This document shows positions 1 to 13,208 of a DNA stretch of 64,000 bases, piece after piece. Every line of letters begins with the position of its first letter. Within the stretch, counting starts at the first letter, position 1. The translations under genes were made by a program, and so were the position numbers. The notes beneath the pieces are model-generated. The model saw nothing but the letters and a program-made list of their open reading frames with translations. It had not been told where the DNA came from and searched no databases. The stretch covers positions 2,977 through 66,976 of the forward strand of contig CAWDFQ010000007.1 in the NCBI GenBank assembly GCA_963801625.1, in the 5' to 3' direction. This DNA is from an uncultured delta proteobacterium. GTDB lineage: Bacteria > Myxococcota_A > UBA9160 > PR03.

Positions 1-1
1 G

Positions 2-349
2 GTCGGTGCCACGGTCGACCCGGACACGTGCGAGCAGAGAGGGGTGGGCGCAGCGACTTTGTGCGCGATCTGGACCGATCCCGGTTTCGAATCCGATCGC
101 GCGGCCGTCCACTACGCGCGCGTCGTGGAGACTCCGAGTTGTCGATGGAGTACTTGGGCCTGTCTTTCCATGCCTCCGGACGAGCGCCCGGACGGCTGCT
201 CGGACCAACGGGTTCCGCGAACCATCCAAGAGCGCGGCGCAAGAACATCAGCGCAACAGTCACTTCGGATCGTCGCCTCGAGGCGAGCTGCTACGCCTGT
301 TGCGAACGGCAGAGCCCGGGCTTACCGGATCAGGCCCACCCTCGAATGA
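2..349 (+). CDS. C-terminal fragment of a DUF3604-like protein (5' end lies outside the window)
   Basis: The frame is open from the window edge to the TGA at 347-349. The translation ...LCAIWTDPGFESDRAAVHYARVVETPSCRWSTW... resembles the conserved C-terminal YARVxExPxxRW block I associate with DUF3604 proteins. This is recall-based only. Confidence 0.35.
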   Translation, partial: VGATVDPDTCEQRGVGAATLCAIWTDPGFESDRAAVHYARVVETPSCRWSTWACLSMPPDERPDGCSDQRVPRTIQERGARTSAQQSLRIVASRRAATPVANGRARAYRIRPTLE

Positions 350-650
350 CCGCGGCGGAGAAGAGCGCGATCGATGCCGCGGCAGATCCCGCAAAGAATG
401 CCCGGAAGATCCAGCGCGACTCGCCATCGACTCGTGACATCTCCCCGGCATCCGCCGCCCGTCTGCGACGCATTACCGGGATCACGCACAGGAAGTTGAT
501 GAAGACGGCAGTCGAGCCCGAGGTGACCAGGACCAGATACCAGCCGTGCAGTAGCTCCACACGGAGGAGGAGGAGGCCCGTCACGAGGACCGCGATCAGT
601 ATCGGGATCTCGATCAAATGATCGATCGCGGCGTGCGGAGACGCAACCAT
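330..650 (-). CDS. small integral membrane protein, hypothetical
   Basis: ORF-track 106-aa ORF with 3 hydrophobic stretches (IEIPILIAVLVTGLLLL, WYLVLVTSGSTAVFINFLCVIPV, FFAGSAAASIALFSAAVI). No family was recognised. Confidence 0.45.
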   Translation of the reverse strand: MVASPHAAIDHLIEIPILIAVLVTGLLLLRVELLHGWYLVLVTSGSTAVFINFLCVIPVMRRRRAADAGEMSRVDGESRWIFRAFFAGSAAASIALFSAAVIRGWA

Positions 651-887
651 GCGTCACTTCTTGGGATTTCTTCGCCTTCCCAAGCTGAGGGTCGCGGGCC
701 GGTAACCGTTCTCGTGTAGCCACGGTGTAGCAGAGCCCACGAACAAACGTGGATGCAATCGAACGCTGGCGGACTACTAGGCTAGCCAGTGAATCGCGAC
801 TAAGTAGGCGTCGGCAAATTGCTTTGAACGTCGGTGGACGCTGACAGACGCCAGACTCAACGCGTCACGAGCAAGTCTCCGAAGCAA

Positions 888-921
888 GAGGTCGCAGGTT
901 CGATTCCTGCCTGGGTCACCA
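888..921 (+). tRNA. tRNA-like 3' fragment (variable loop, T-arm, acceptor 3' strand, discriminator, CCA); not an intact tRNA
   Basis: AGGTC GCAGG-TTCGATT-CCTGC CTGGGTC A CCA is a canonical T-arm (894-910), acceptor 3' strand (911-917) and encoded CCA (919-921). The complementary 5' acceptor strand GACCCAG is absent in the upstream 100 nt. The only anticodon-like hairpin (847-866) has a 10-nt loop. Confidence 0.45.
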
Positions 922-943
922 CGCCGATCGGCGTCGATCCGAC

Positions 944-1207
944 TCAAAAGATGCTCTGGCCTGGCGCGGCGTCGCAGGGACCCACGGTGTCAAAGAGCAC
1001 GTTCGCGGCGACTACTTCGTATTGGAAGAACACGTCGCCTTCGGGCACGAACCCGATTCGGTCGAAGCAGTCCGGCTCGATCAGTGTGAAGCCGCGGCAC
1101 CGTCGCGCTTCTGGGGAGCAATGGCAGTGCCAAGCGCGACGTCGCGCGATCAGGGATGCGCGACGCGGAGCTGCAAGTCGCCGCGAATGCATCCGGTTCC
1201 GCTCCAC
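944..1207 (-). CDS. hypothetical protein fragment (only the C-terminal ~50 codons look coding)
   Basis: The segment ...[49 protein letters not shown] has G/C at most third codon positions, like real genes here. The upstream part is Arg-rich and probably frame-shifted. No family was recognised. Confidence 0.2.
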   Translation of the reverse strand: MERNRMHSRRLAAPRRASLIARRRAWHCHCSPEARRCRGFTLIEPDCFDRIGFVPEGDVFFQYEVVAANVLFDTVGPCDAAPGQSIF

Positions 1208-1318
1208 CGGCGCGCTCGCTTGCCAGCACCGCCGTGGGCGCAGGGTGACGCTTTTCGGCGCCCCAGCGACGCAGTGCGCACCCGATGACGGCGATCGGTG
1301 GCGCCGCCGGCGATCGGG

Positions 1319-1844
1319 TCAGGTCTCCTGGAGGCCGCGCACCATCAGGATCTTGCCCGAGCGCACCAGCTCGCGCATGCCGTAGGGGCGCAGCAGTGCG
1401 ATGAAGGCGTCGAGCTTCTCGCTCGCGCCGTAGACGCGCAGCATCAGCGACTCCTGCCCGTAGTCGATCACCTTGGCGCCGAAGTTCTCGGCGACCTGGA
1501 GGATCTCGGTGCGCTCGTGCAGGTCGGCGCGCAGCTTCACCAGCGCGATCTCGGTCTCGTAGGCGTCGCCGCCGGTGTGATCGGTCGCGTGCACCACGTC
1601 GATCAGCTTGTGCGAGCTGCTTGATGATCTGCTCGAGCGTCGCGGGGTCGCCGCTGCAGGTGATCGTCATGCGCGAGAAGTCGCCGTCGACGGTGGGCGA
1701 GACGACGAGGCTCTCGATGTTGTAGCCGCGTCGCGAGAACACCAGCGCGACGCGCACCAGCACGCCCGGCTTGTTGTTCACGAAGAGCGAGATGGTGTGG
1801 ACGTCGTCGCGCGTACTGGATCGGCCGGGTTCAGGTGCTGCCAA
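1319..1844 (-). pseudogene. ilvN: acetolactate synthase small (regulatory) subunit, reading frame disrupted once
   Basis: The N-terminal ACT domain [33 protein letters not shown] lies in the 990..1844 frame. The C-terminal half [20 protein letters not shown]...[10 protein letters not shown] is ORF 1319..1597. The join KQL|HKLIDVV near 1605 needs a 1-nt shift. The TTG start overlaps the ilvB stop. Confidence 0.85.
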
Positions 1845-3553
1845 CGGGCTTCTCCAGCCGGTGCTTCGGCGGTTCGATGATCATGTGCGAGACGGGCGCG
1901 CCGGCCGGGATCATCGGGAAGACGTTGTCCTCCTTGATGACCTCCGCGACCACGACCACGGGCCCGTCGTTCCAGGCGCGCGCTTCCTTCAGCTTGCGGT
2001 CGACGTCGCCGGGCCGCGTGATGCGCAGCGCCTTGATGCCGTACGCCTCGGCGAGCTTCACGAAATCGGGGTTGCCCTCGAGATCGACGCCGGACAGGCG
2101 GTTGTCGAAGAACAGCTCCTGCCACTGGCGCACCATGCCCAGGTAGTTGTTGTTGATGATCAGGCACCTTCGCCGGCGAGCTTGTGGACGGCCGCCGTCG
2201 CGAGCTCCGCCATCGTCATCTGGAAGCCGCCGTCGCCGACCACCGCCCAGACTTCCGGCTCCGGGCCGCCCGAACTTCGCGCCGATCGCGGCCGGCAAGC
2301 CGAAGCCCATCGTCCCGGCGCCGCCGCTGCGTGATCCAGTGGCGGTTGCTGGTGGTCTTGCAGAACTGCGCGGCCCACATCTGGTGCTGGCCGACGTCGG
2401 CGGTGATCACCGCGCGACCGCCCGTGAGTGCGTGCAGCCGGTCGAGCACGTGCTGCGCGTGCAGCCCGCCGCGCTTCGGGTACTTGAGCGGGTACTGGCG
2501 CCGCCACGTCTCGCACTGCTTCACCCACGCCGCGGTGTCGTTGGGCTCGACGAGCGGCAGCAGGTCCTCGATCACCAGCCGCGCGTCGCCCACCAGCGAC
2601 ACGTCGGGCCGGATCACCTTGTTGAACTCGGCCGGGTCGATGTCGACGTGGATCTTCTTGGCGTCCGCGCAGAACTCGTCGAGCTTGCCGGTGACGCGAT
2701 CGTCCCAGCGCGCGCCGATCGCCATGATCAGGTCGCAGTGGATCACGGCCTTGTTCGCGTAGGCGGTGCCGTGCATGCCCAGCATGCCGAGGTGCAGCGG
2801 GTGGGTCTCGTCGGCGGCGCCCTTGCCGAGCAGCGTGTTCACGATCGGCGCGCGCAGCTTCTCCGCGAGCTGCGTCACCGCCTTGCCGGCGCCCGAGATC
2901 ACGGCGCCGTGGCCGACGTAGAGGAGCGGGCGCTCGGCGCCGGTGCAGCAGCGCCGCGGCCGCTTCGAGCGCTCGCGCTGTCCGCGTGGCCGGGCACGAC
3001 GTAGCCGGGCAGGTCGACGTCGTCCACGAACGGCGCGTCGCACGGCCCGCGAGCTCACGTCCTTCGGCACGTCGATCAGCACGGGCCCGGGGCGCCCGGT
3101 GGTGGCGAGGTGGAACGCCTCGCGCACGACGCGCGGGATGTCGCGCGCGTCCTTCACGAGGTAGCTGTGCTTCACGACCGGGTAGGTGATGCCGGTGACG
3201 TCGGCTTCCTGGAAGGCGTCCTTGCCGAGGTTCGCCGTGTTCGTCTGGCCGGTGATCACGATCAGCGGCGACGAGTCCATCAGCGCGGTGAGCAGGCCCG
3301 TGACGGTGTTCGTCGCGCCCGGGCCCGAGGTCACGAGCACGACGCCCGGACGGCCGGTGGCGCGGGCGAAGCCGTCGGCCATGTGGGTCGCGCCCTGCTC
3401 GTGGCGGACCAGGATCAGCTTGATCTTCGAGTCGACGAGCGCGTCGAAGATCGGGATCGCCGCGCCGCCGGAGAGGCCGAAGATGTACTCGACGCCTTCG
3501 CGCTCCAGGCATTGCACCAGCTTCTCGGCTCCGGTCGGAATCGCTGTCGCCAT
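1831..3553 (-). pseudogene. ilvB: acetolactate synthase large (catalytic) subunit, multiple frame disruptions
   Basis: ThDP-enzyme hallmarks are present: [75 protein letters not shown] and NNNYLGMVRQWQELFF. They are spread over three - strand frames (2216..3604, 1831..2310, tail of 2160..6446). Scrambled Arg-rich stretches mark the shifts at about 3060/2950, 2330 and 2165. Confidence 0.9.
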
Positions 3554-3751
3554 CGGCCCTCCGCCACCATTCTGGTGGGCGCAGAGTAGAAGACGGCCAT
3601 TCAACCGGCAAATCAGCGCCTCTCAGCGCCGAGTCGTCGAGATCCGGTAGGTCGATGCAGGCGAAATGCGAGGGCCTGATGGATACCTGGCGCGGATCTA
3701 GCGGTGAATCTCTGAAAGTTGATGTCCCCTTGGGGTCTATGTGCAGATCAA

Positions 3752-4970
3752 TCAGCTCAGCAGCGAGGCGATCGGGTCGATCGAGGCGGCCTCGGCACGC
3801 AGGCGCTCGCCGACTTCGCGCGCCCGTTCTGCGACGACCTCGTTGTCGAGCATCGCGCCCAACGCCGCGACGAGGCCCGCGGAATCGAGCCGACTCCGCC
3901 GGATCGGGGGAGCGCCGAGACCGAGCTGGACTACGCGTCGGCCCCAGTAGAACTGGTCGGCCAGATGCGGCACCACGAGCTGCGGCGCGCCGCTGCGAGC
4001 CGCCGTCGTGGTGGTGCCGGCGCCGCCGTGGTGCACCACGGCGGCGCAGCGCGCGAGCAGTTCCGGGTGCGACACGGCGCCGATCTCGATGACGCCCTCG
4101 CGAAGCGCGGTGCCCCGCCAGCTCCGCCCAGCCCGCGCTGATCACGGCGCGGCAGCCGAGCGTCGCGACGGCGTCGAGCAGGGTGCGCGTGGTCGCTCGC
4201 GGTCTGGCATCCGGCATGCTGCCGAAGCCGAAGTAGACCGGTGCCGGGCCCGCGTCGAGGAACGACGCGAGCTTGGCCGGCAGCGCTTCGCCGGCGAGCG
4301 GGTGCAACGCGGGGAACTGCGCGCGCGGGGGCGACGCATCGGCGTGTGCGCGCGCGAACACGGAGTCCACCGCGAGCAGCGGCCGGTCGCTGAAGACCAG
4401 GCCCATCACGTCGCGCACGGGTGCGAGCCCGACGCTGCGCCGCGCTGGGGCGAGCACCCGGCGGATCGCCATCTGGATGGGCGCCATCACCAGCGGCCAG
4501 AGCGCGCGGTTTGCCCAACCGGGGAGGCCCTGCCACGGCACGAAGAGCGGTGCGTGGGCGCGCGACGGAAACAGCGCTGGGCAATACGCCACGTAGCGAT
4601 ACTCGACACCGTTATGTTCTGCCGCGCTCGAAGCCGCGAACTCGGGACCTCCTCCGACCACCAGATCGGCGCCGAACGTCACCTCGATCAGGTCGGCGAG
4701 TCGCGCGGTCATCTGCTGGCGGAGGTGGCGAATCGCCTCGGTCAACAGGGACATCGGGTTGCGGCCGAGCCGGTCGGCGCGTGCAATCAGGAAATCGTGG
4801 CAGCTCGGCCCGAGCGAGTGGAACGCCACACCGCGCGCCAGCGCCTGCGCCGCGAAGTCGGGCGGGCCGCACACGAGCGCGTCATGTCCCGCGGCGCGCA
4901 GCCGCGCGCCCAGCTCGATCATCGGCTGCAGGTCGCCGCGGGTCCCCTCGGCGGCCAGGACGATGCGCAT
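3752..4970 (-). pseudogene. UDP-glycosyltransferase (GT1/MGT-like), one frame disruption
   Basis: The N-terminus [30 protein letters not shown]... is read in the 2160..6446 frame, with the ATG at 4970-4968. The C-terminus is ORF 3752..4075, with [10 protein letters not shown] and HLADQFYWG typical of the macrolide/sterol glycosyltransferase family. The frame switch is near 4080. Confidence 0.75.
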
Positions 4971-5194
4971 CGGGATCCTTCCAACGGTGTCGCCCGCCAT
5001 CGATCTGCCCGAGGCCGCGCTTGAGTCGAATCGGTCGCGTGCGACAGCGACTCCGGCGCAGCGCCCTCGATTGGGCCCGGCTAGAGGCCGCGCGCCCACG
5101 CAGGCGCGGCAGCAGCGCGCGGGCGGTGGTGAGGATCGGCAGCCAGTGGTCGAGCGGCAGCACGAGACGCGACCTTCGTAGCGCATCGGTCGAG

Positions 5195-8048
<2,854 letters not shown>

Positions 8049-8191
8049 GCGGTCGGGCGAGAGTAGCCGCGGAGAACGCCGCTGCCGCGTATCATCGGGG
8101 CCATGAGAACCAGGTCCGGGTTGGCTCTGTCACTCGGGTCGCGACCGCGGCGGGAGCGGGCATATCAACTTTCGAAACGGAGCGGCGGCGC

Positions 8192-8811
8192 ATGGTCGAT
8201 GAGCAGATCGAGGCGCGAGAGATCGTGCGATCCGCGCGTGCTGGAAGCGATGCGCACGGTGCCGCGCCACGAGTTCGTCCCGGCGGCGGAGCGTACCCAC
8301 GCCTACGAGGACCGTCCGCTTCCGATCGGCGAGGGGCAGACGATCAGCCAGCCCTACATCGTCGCGCTGATGACGCAGCTGGCCGCCGTCGGTCCCAGGT
8401 CGAAAGTTCTCGAGGTGGGGACGGGATCGGGCTACCAGGCCGCGGTGCTCGAGGCCTGCGGCGCCGAGGTGTATTCGATCGAGATCGTCGACGCGCTCGC
8501 GAAGCGGGCGCAGCACGACCTCACGCGGCTCGGCTACGCGAAGGTCCACGTCCGCAGCGGCGACGGCTACCGCGGCTGGCCCGAGGTGCGCGCCCTTCGA
8601 CGCGATCGTCGTCACCGCCGCCGCGCCGCGCGTGCCGCCGGCCCTGCTCGAGCAGCTTCGCGTCGGGGGGCGGCTGGTGATTCCCGTCGGCGAGACCTGG
8701 GACGCGCAGTCGCTACAGGTCCACGTGCGCACCGAAACGGGATTCGAGGTGCACGACGTCGTGCCGGTTCGCTTCGTGCCGATGACGGGCACGGTGCGCA
8801 AGAAGCCCTGA
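8192..8811 (+). pseudogene. pcm: protein-L-isoaspartate O-methyltransferase, frame disrupted about twice
   Basis: [37 protein letters not shown] and [15 protein letters not shown] (SAM motif) lie in the 8103..9629 frame. The start MVDEQIEAR is in the 8192 frame. By my translation the C-terminus [32 protein letters not shown]...RFVPMTG is in a third frame and ends at the TGA at 8809-8811. Confidence 0.85.
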
Positions 8812-8819
8812 ACGAGGGA

Positions 8820-9629
8820 GTGGCCGCCTTGCAATACGAGCAGATCCGCGTCGAGCGCCGCGACGAAATCGCGCTGCTCACCTTGCACCGCCCGGAGCGC
8901 CTGAACGCCTGGACGCCGCGCATGAGCGTCGAACTCGTCGACGCGATCGAGCGCGCCAACCAGGACCGCGACGTCGGCGCGATCGTCGTGACCGGTGCGG
9001 GCCGCGGCTTCTGCGCCGGCGCCGACATGGCGGACACCTTCCAGTCGCGCCTCGACGGGCGCGATCCCGGCGAGGACACCGCGGGCGGCGAGGGCGGTCT
9101 GCCGCGCGGGCTCGACTGGGTGGCGCTGGTGCGCGACTCGAAGCCGCTGATCGCCGCCGTGAATGGCGCCGCGGTCGGCGTCGGCCTGACGATGATCCTG
9201 CCGTTCGACGTGATCGTCGCCTCGGAGCGCGCCCGCTTCGGCATGTTCTTCATCAAGATGGGACTCGTGCCCGAGCTGGCGAGCACGCACTTCCTGGTGC
9301 AACGGATGGGTTTCGGGCGCGCCAGCGAGATGTGTCTCTCGGGGCGGCTCTACACCGCGGCGGAAGCGTACGAGAAGGGTCTCGCCGATCGCCTCGTGCC
9401 GCACGACGAGGTCGCCCTGCAGGCGATCGCGCTCGCTCGCGAGATCGGAGCCAACCCCGCTCCGCAACTCCGCATGACCAAGCAGTTGCTGACGCGCAAC
9501 GGCTCCGCGACGGATCTCAGCGAGATCCAGCGCGCGGAGACGCGTCTGCTGCGCGAGTGCTGGAAGACGCCCGAGCACAAGGAAGCGGTGCGCGCGTTCC
9601 TCGAGAAGCGACCACCGAAGTTCTCGTAG
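8820..9629 (+). CDS. enoyl-CoA hydratase/isomerase (crotonase) family protein
   Basis: Intact frame starting at GTG 8820. It carries [30 protein letters not shown] and [19 protein letters not shown], the classic crotonase oxyanion-hole blocks. Confidence 0.85.
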   Translation: MAALQYEQIRVERRDEIALLTLHRPERLNAWTPRMSVELVDAIERANQDRDVGAIVVTGAGRGFCAGADMADTFQSRLDGRDPGEDTAGGEGGLPRGLDWVALVRDSKPLIAAVNGAAVGVGLTMILPFDVIVASERARFGMFFIKMGLVPELASTHFLVQRMGFGRASEMCLSGRLYTAAEAYEKGLADRLVPHDEVALQAIALAREIGANPAPQLRMTKQLLTRNGSATDLSEIQRAETRLLRECWKTPEHKEAVRAFLEKRPPKFS

Positions 9630-9723
9630 CCGGGCTCAGCGCCTTGCCAGGAACTGAGAGCCAGGGAAAGGCGAGCCGACAGGCGATCGCAATGCAGCCC
9701 TCGGCCGATTTCCGGCAACTCCG

Positions 9724-10483
9724 TCAGAGCCGGTATGCCTTGGCGCGTTCCACGATGAAGCGCTCCAGCGCGGCGTTGGCGTCGTCCGACACCCCGGTGA
9801 AGCGCACGCCCATCCCGACCGGCACGTTCGGCCGGCGCAGGTTGCCTGGGACGTTGTTCCACATCACGAGGCTCTGGATCTCGACGTCGCCAGCTTCGAG
9901 CGGGAGTTGGATCTGCAGCCTTCCGCCGCGCATCGCCGGACGCGGGGTGGCCAGGTAGGCGCCGAGTTTCGAGAGGTTGCAGACCACCGCGACGCGTTCG
10001 CCGGTCTTGCTCGTGACGCGCGCGCGGATCAGGGTCGGAACGCGCAGCTCGGTGCGCAGGAGTTCCGGGCGAGCCGGCATGGTGCGCTTCGTTCACGACG
10101 AAGCGCAGCTCTTCGTCGCTGAACGGGTCGAAGAGCGCGAAGTGCACGCCGGCGCCGCGCAGCGCCTCGAGTTCGGCCGTCGTCGGGCCGCTGTCCGATC
10201 GCGATCCACTCGAGCGGATTCGGCGAGAGCTGCGGCGATCTCGCGCAGCGTCGCGGCAGAGTCGGCCAGGCCGTGATCGGTGGCGAGCAGGCCGACGCGA
10301 ATCGGTGGTGACGCCAGCGCGAGCATGCGCAGCGCGGCAGCCAGGTCCTTGGCTCCCGCCGCGCGGTAGCCGAGCAGCAGCAGATAGCCCGGCCAGAAAG
10401 CGCACGCGCTCGGCGGGACCGAGGATCAGCACCTGCTGGCGCGCGGCGGTGCCCGTCCCACTCACGGGAGTGTCTTCGGCCAC
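9724..10483 (-). pseudogene. PilZ domain protein with receiver-like N-terminal region, several frame disruptions
   Basis: The C-terminal 118-aa ORF 9724..10080 is PilZ-like (LRVPTLIRARV...VCNLSKLGAYL...VGMGVRF). N-terminal pieces QQVLILGPAERVRFLAG, IRVGLLATDHGLADSAATLREIAAAL and LEALRGAGVHFALFDPFSDEELRFVVNEA lie in other - strand frames. The start position is uncertain, and a GTG near 10483 is the best candidate. Confidence 0.6.
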
Positions 10484-10508
10484 CGCGCGGAAGGGCTTGA
10501 CGGGCCAG

Positions 10509-11930
<1,422 letters not shown>

Positions 11931-11932
11931 CG

Positions 11933-13099
11933 CTACTTCGCGTCCACCAGGGCGCGCAGCTCTTCGAGGTGTTCGGCGACCGACGCGGGCAACTGCTCGC
12001 CCTGGGTGCCCGTGTAGCTGGCCACCGTCTCCTCTTCGAGCACGAGGTAGGCCTCCAGCGCCGACGGCTCCCGGGGCGCCAGCCGGATCGCGGTCTCCAG
12101 GTAGATGTCGGCTTGCGAGACCCAGTAGGTGCTCCCGACGTGTGTCTCCGCGAGTCCGAGCAGGTAGTAGGCCTCGGCGGCATCCCGGTTCGAGGGCGGC
12201 GGCGTCGTCGCGAGGACGCGCTGCAACACGCTCGACGCCACCAGGTAGTGGACCAGCGGAGCGTAGTCGGCGGGAACCTTGGCGATGCTCCTGGCGCGCT
12301 CGATCAAGTCGCGCGCCGTGGCGAGCTCGGGCGCGCTGCTCCCGAGCGGTCGCAGCTCGCGCAGCGCGCGGATCCACGTTTCGACGTCGACGCGCAGGTG
12401 GCGCCACAGATCGGGGCGCTTGGCGAAGCGCGCGAGCGTCTTTGCTGGACGTTCGAAGTCGCCCTTCACGCGCACTTCGATAGTCAGGTAGTCGACGAGC
12501 GGTGTGAGCACTTCAGTCGGCCGAACCTTCGGCGACGCGAGCAGCTTCTCGTAACTGGCGATCGCCTCGTCGAACTGGCGGGTCGCGACCTCCAGCCGAG
12601 CGCGTTCGGCGAGCGGCAGGCCGGCGAGCGCCGAGCGATCGACGAAGTGCACGCCGACCGGCGAAGCGGCAGCGCCCACCAGCTTGGTATGACAAGCGAC
12701 ACAGTTCTCGGTTGCTTGCTGGATCTGGAAGGCGGCGCTTTCGAAGTGACCGGCGCGGTAGCGATCGAGCGCTTCGCGGGCGTCGTGCTCGAGAGATCCG
12801 CCGAGGGAGAGGCGGGCCGGGTCGCTGCCGCGCGCATGCAAGGAGAGGGCTCTGGCGTTGTTTGCGAGCGCCGCGAGCGCCTGCTCGACGGCGACGCGGT
12901 TCTCGTGCGCCGCGAACTTGGCTTCGTTCACGCTGAGCGGGAGCACCACGCGGATGCTCTCGAAGATCTGGCGCATCGTCGCGCGAGTCGCTTCGCGCTC
13001 CACGTCCGTTGCGTCTACCGCGGTGGCAGGCGAAGCCAGCGCAACCAGCCCTGCCAGTACGCCAGCCGAACGAATCCACCTCAAGTGCATGCCCCCCAA
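11933..13099 (-). CDS. secreted hypothetical protein with a single CXXCH motif
   Basis: Intact 388-aa ORF with an N-terminal signal-like LRWIRSAGVLAGLVALASPATA and one heme-c type motif, ENCVACH. Its stop lies 2 nt before the M20 start codon, so the two genes look co-transcribed. Confidence 0.6.
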   Translation of the reverse strand: MGGMHLRWIRSAGVLAGLVALASPATAVDATDVEREATRATMRQIFESIRVVLPLSVNEAKFAAHENRVAVEQALAALANNARALSLHARGSDPARLSLGGSLEHDAREALDRYRAGHFESAAFQIQQATENCVACHTKLVGAAASPVGVHFVDRSALAGLPLAERARLEVATRQFDEAIASYEKLLASPKVRPTEVLTPLVDYLTIEVRVKGDFERPAKTLARFAKRPDLWRHLRVDVETWIRALRELRPLGSSAPELATARDLIERARSIAKVPADYAPLVHYLVASSVLQRVLATTPPPSNRDAAEAYYLLGLAETHVGSTYWVSQADIYLETAIRLAPREPSALEAYLVLEEETVASYTGTQGEQLPASVAEHLEELRALVDAK

Positions 13100-13208
13100 C
13101 CAGAACTCGCCGGCGCGGAACCTAGCTCGCAGCCGCGCTGCCGAAAGGCGGAGCGGCTGGAGCGGGTCCAGCTCTGCAGGGGTCCCGCCGATGTGACGGA
13201 GTGGATTC

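Noticed and set aside
650-921. Possible tmRNA (ssrA) ending at the CCA at 921
   Set aside because: The acceptor 3' strand CTGGGTC would need a GACCCAG 5' end instead of the GGGG...G-U alanine-type acceptor of tmRNAs. I found no TTCGACGGG-like 5' region and no tag ORF ending in ...ALAA-stop in the upstream 350 nt.
8049-8191. SOS/LexA box in the uvrA-pcm divergent region
   Set aside because: I found neither CTGT-N8-ACAG nor GAAC-N4-GTTC. The CTGTCACTCGGG segment lacks the second half-site. I do not know the clade-specific consensus well enough to call anything.
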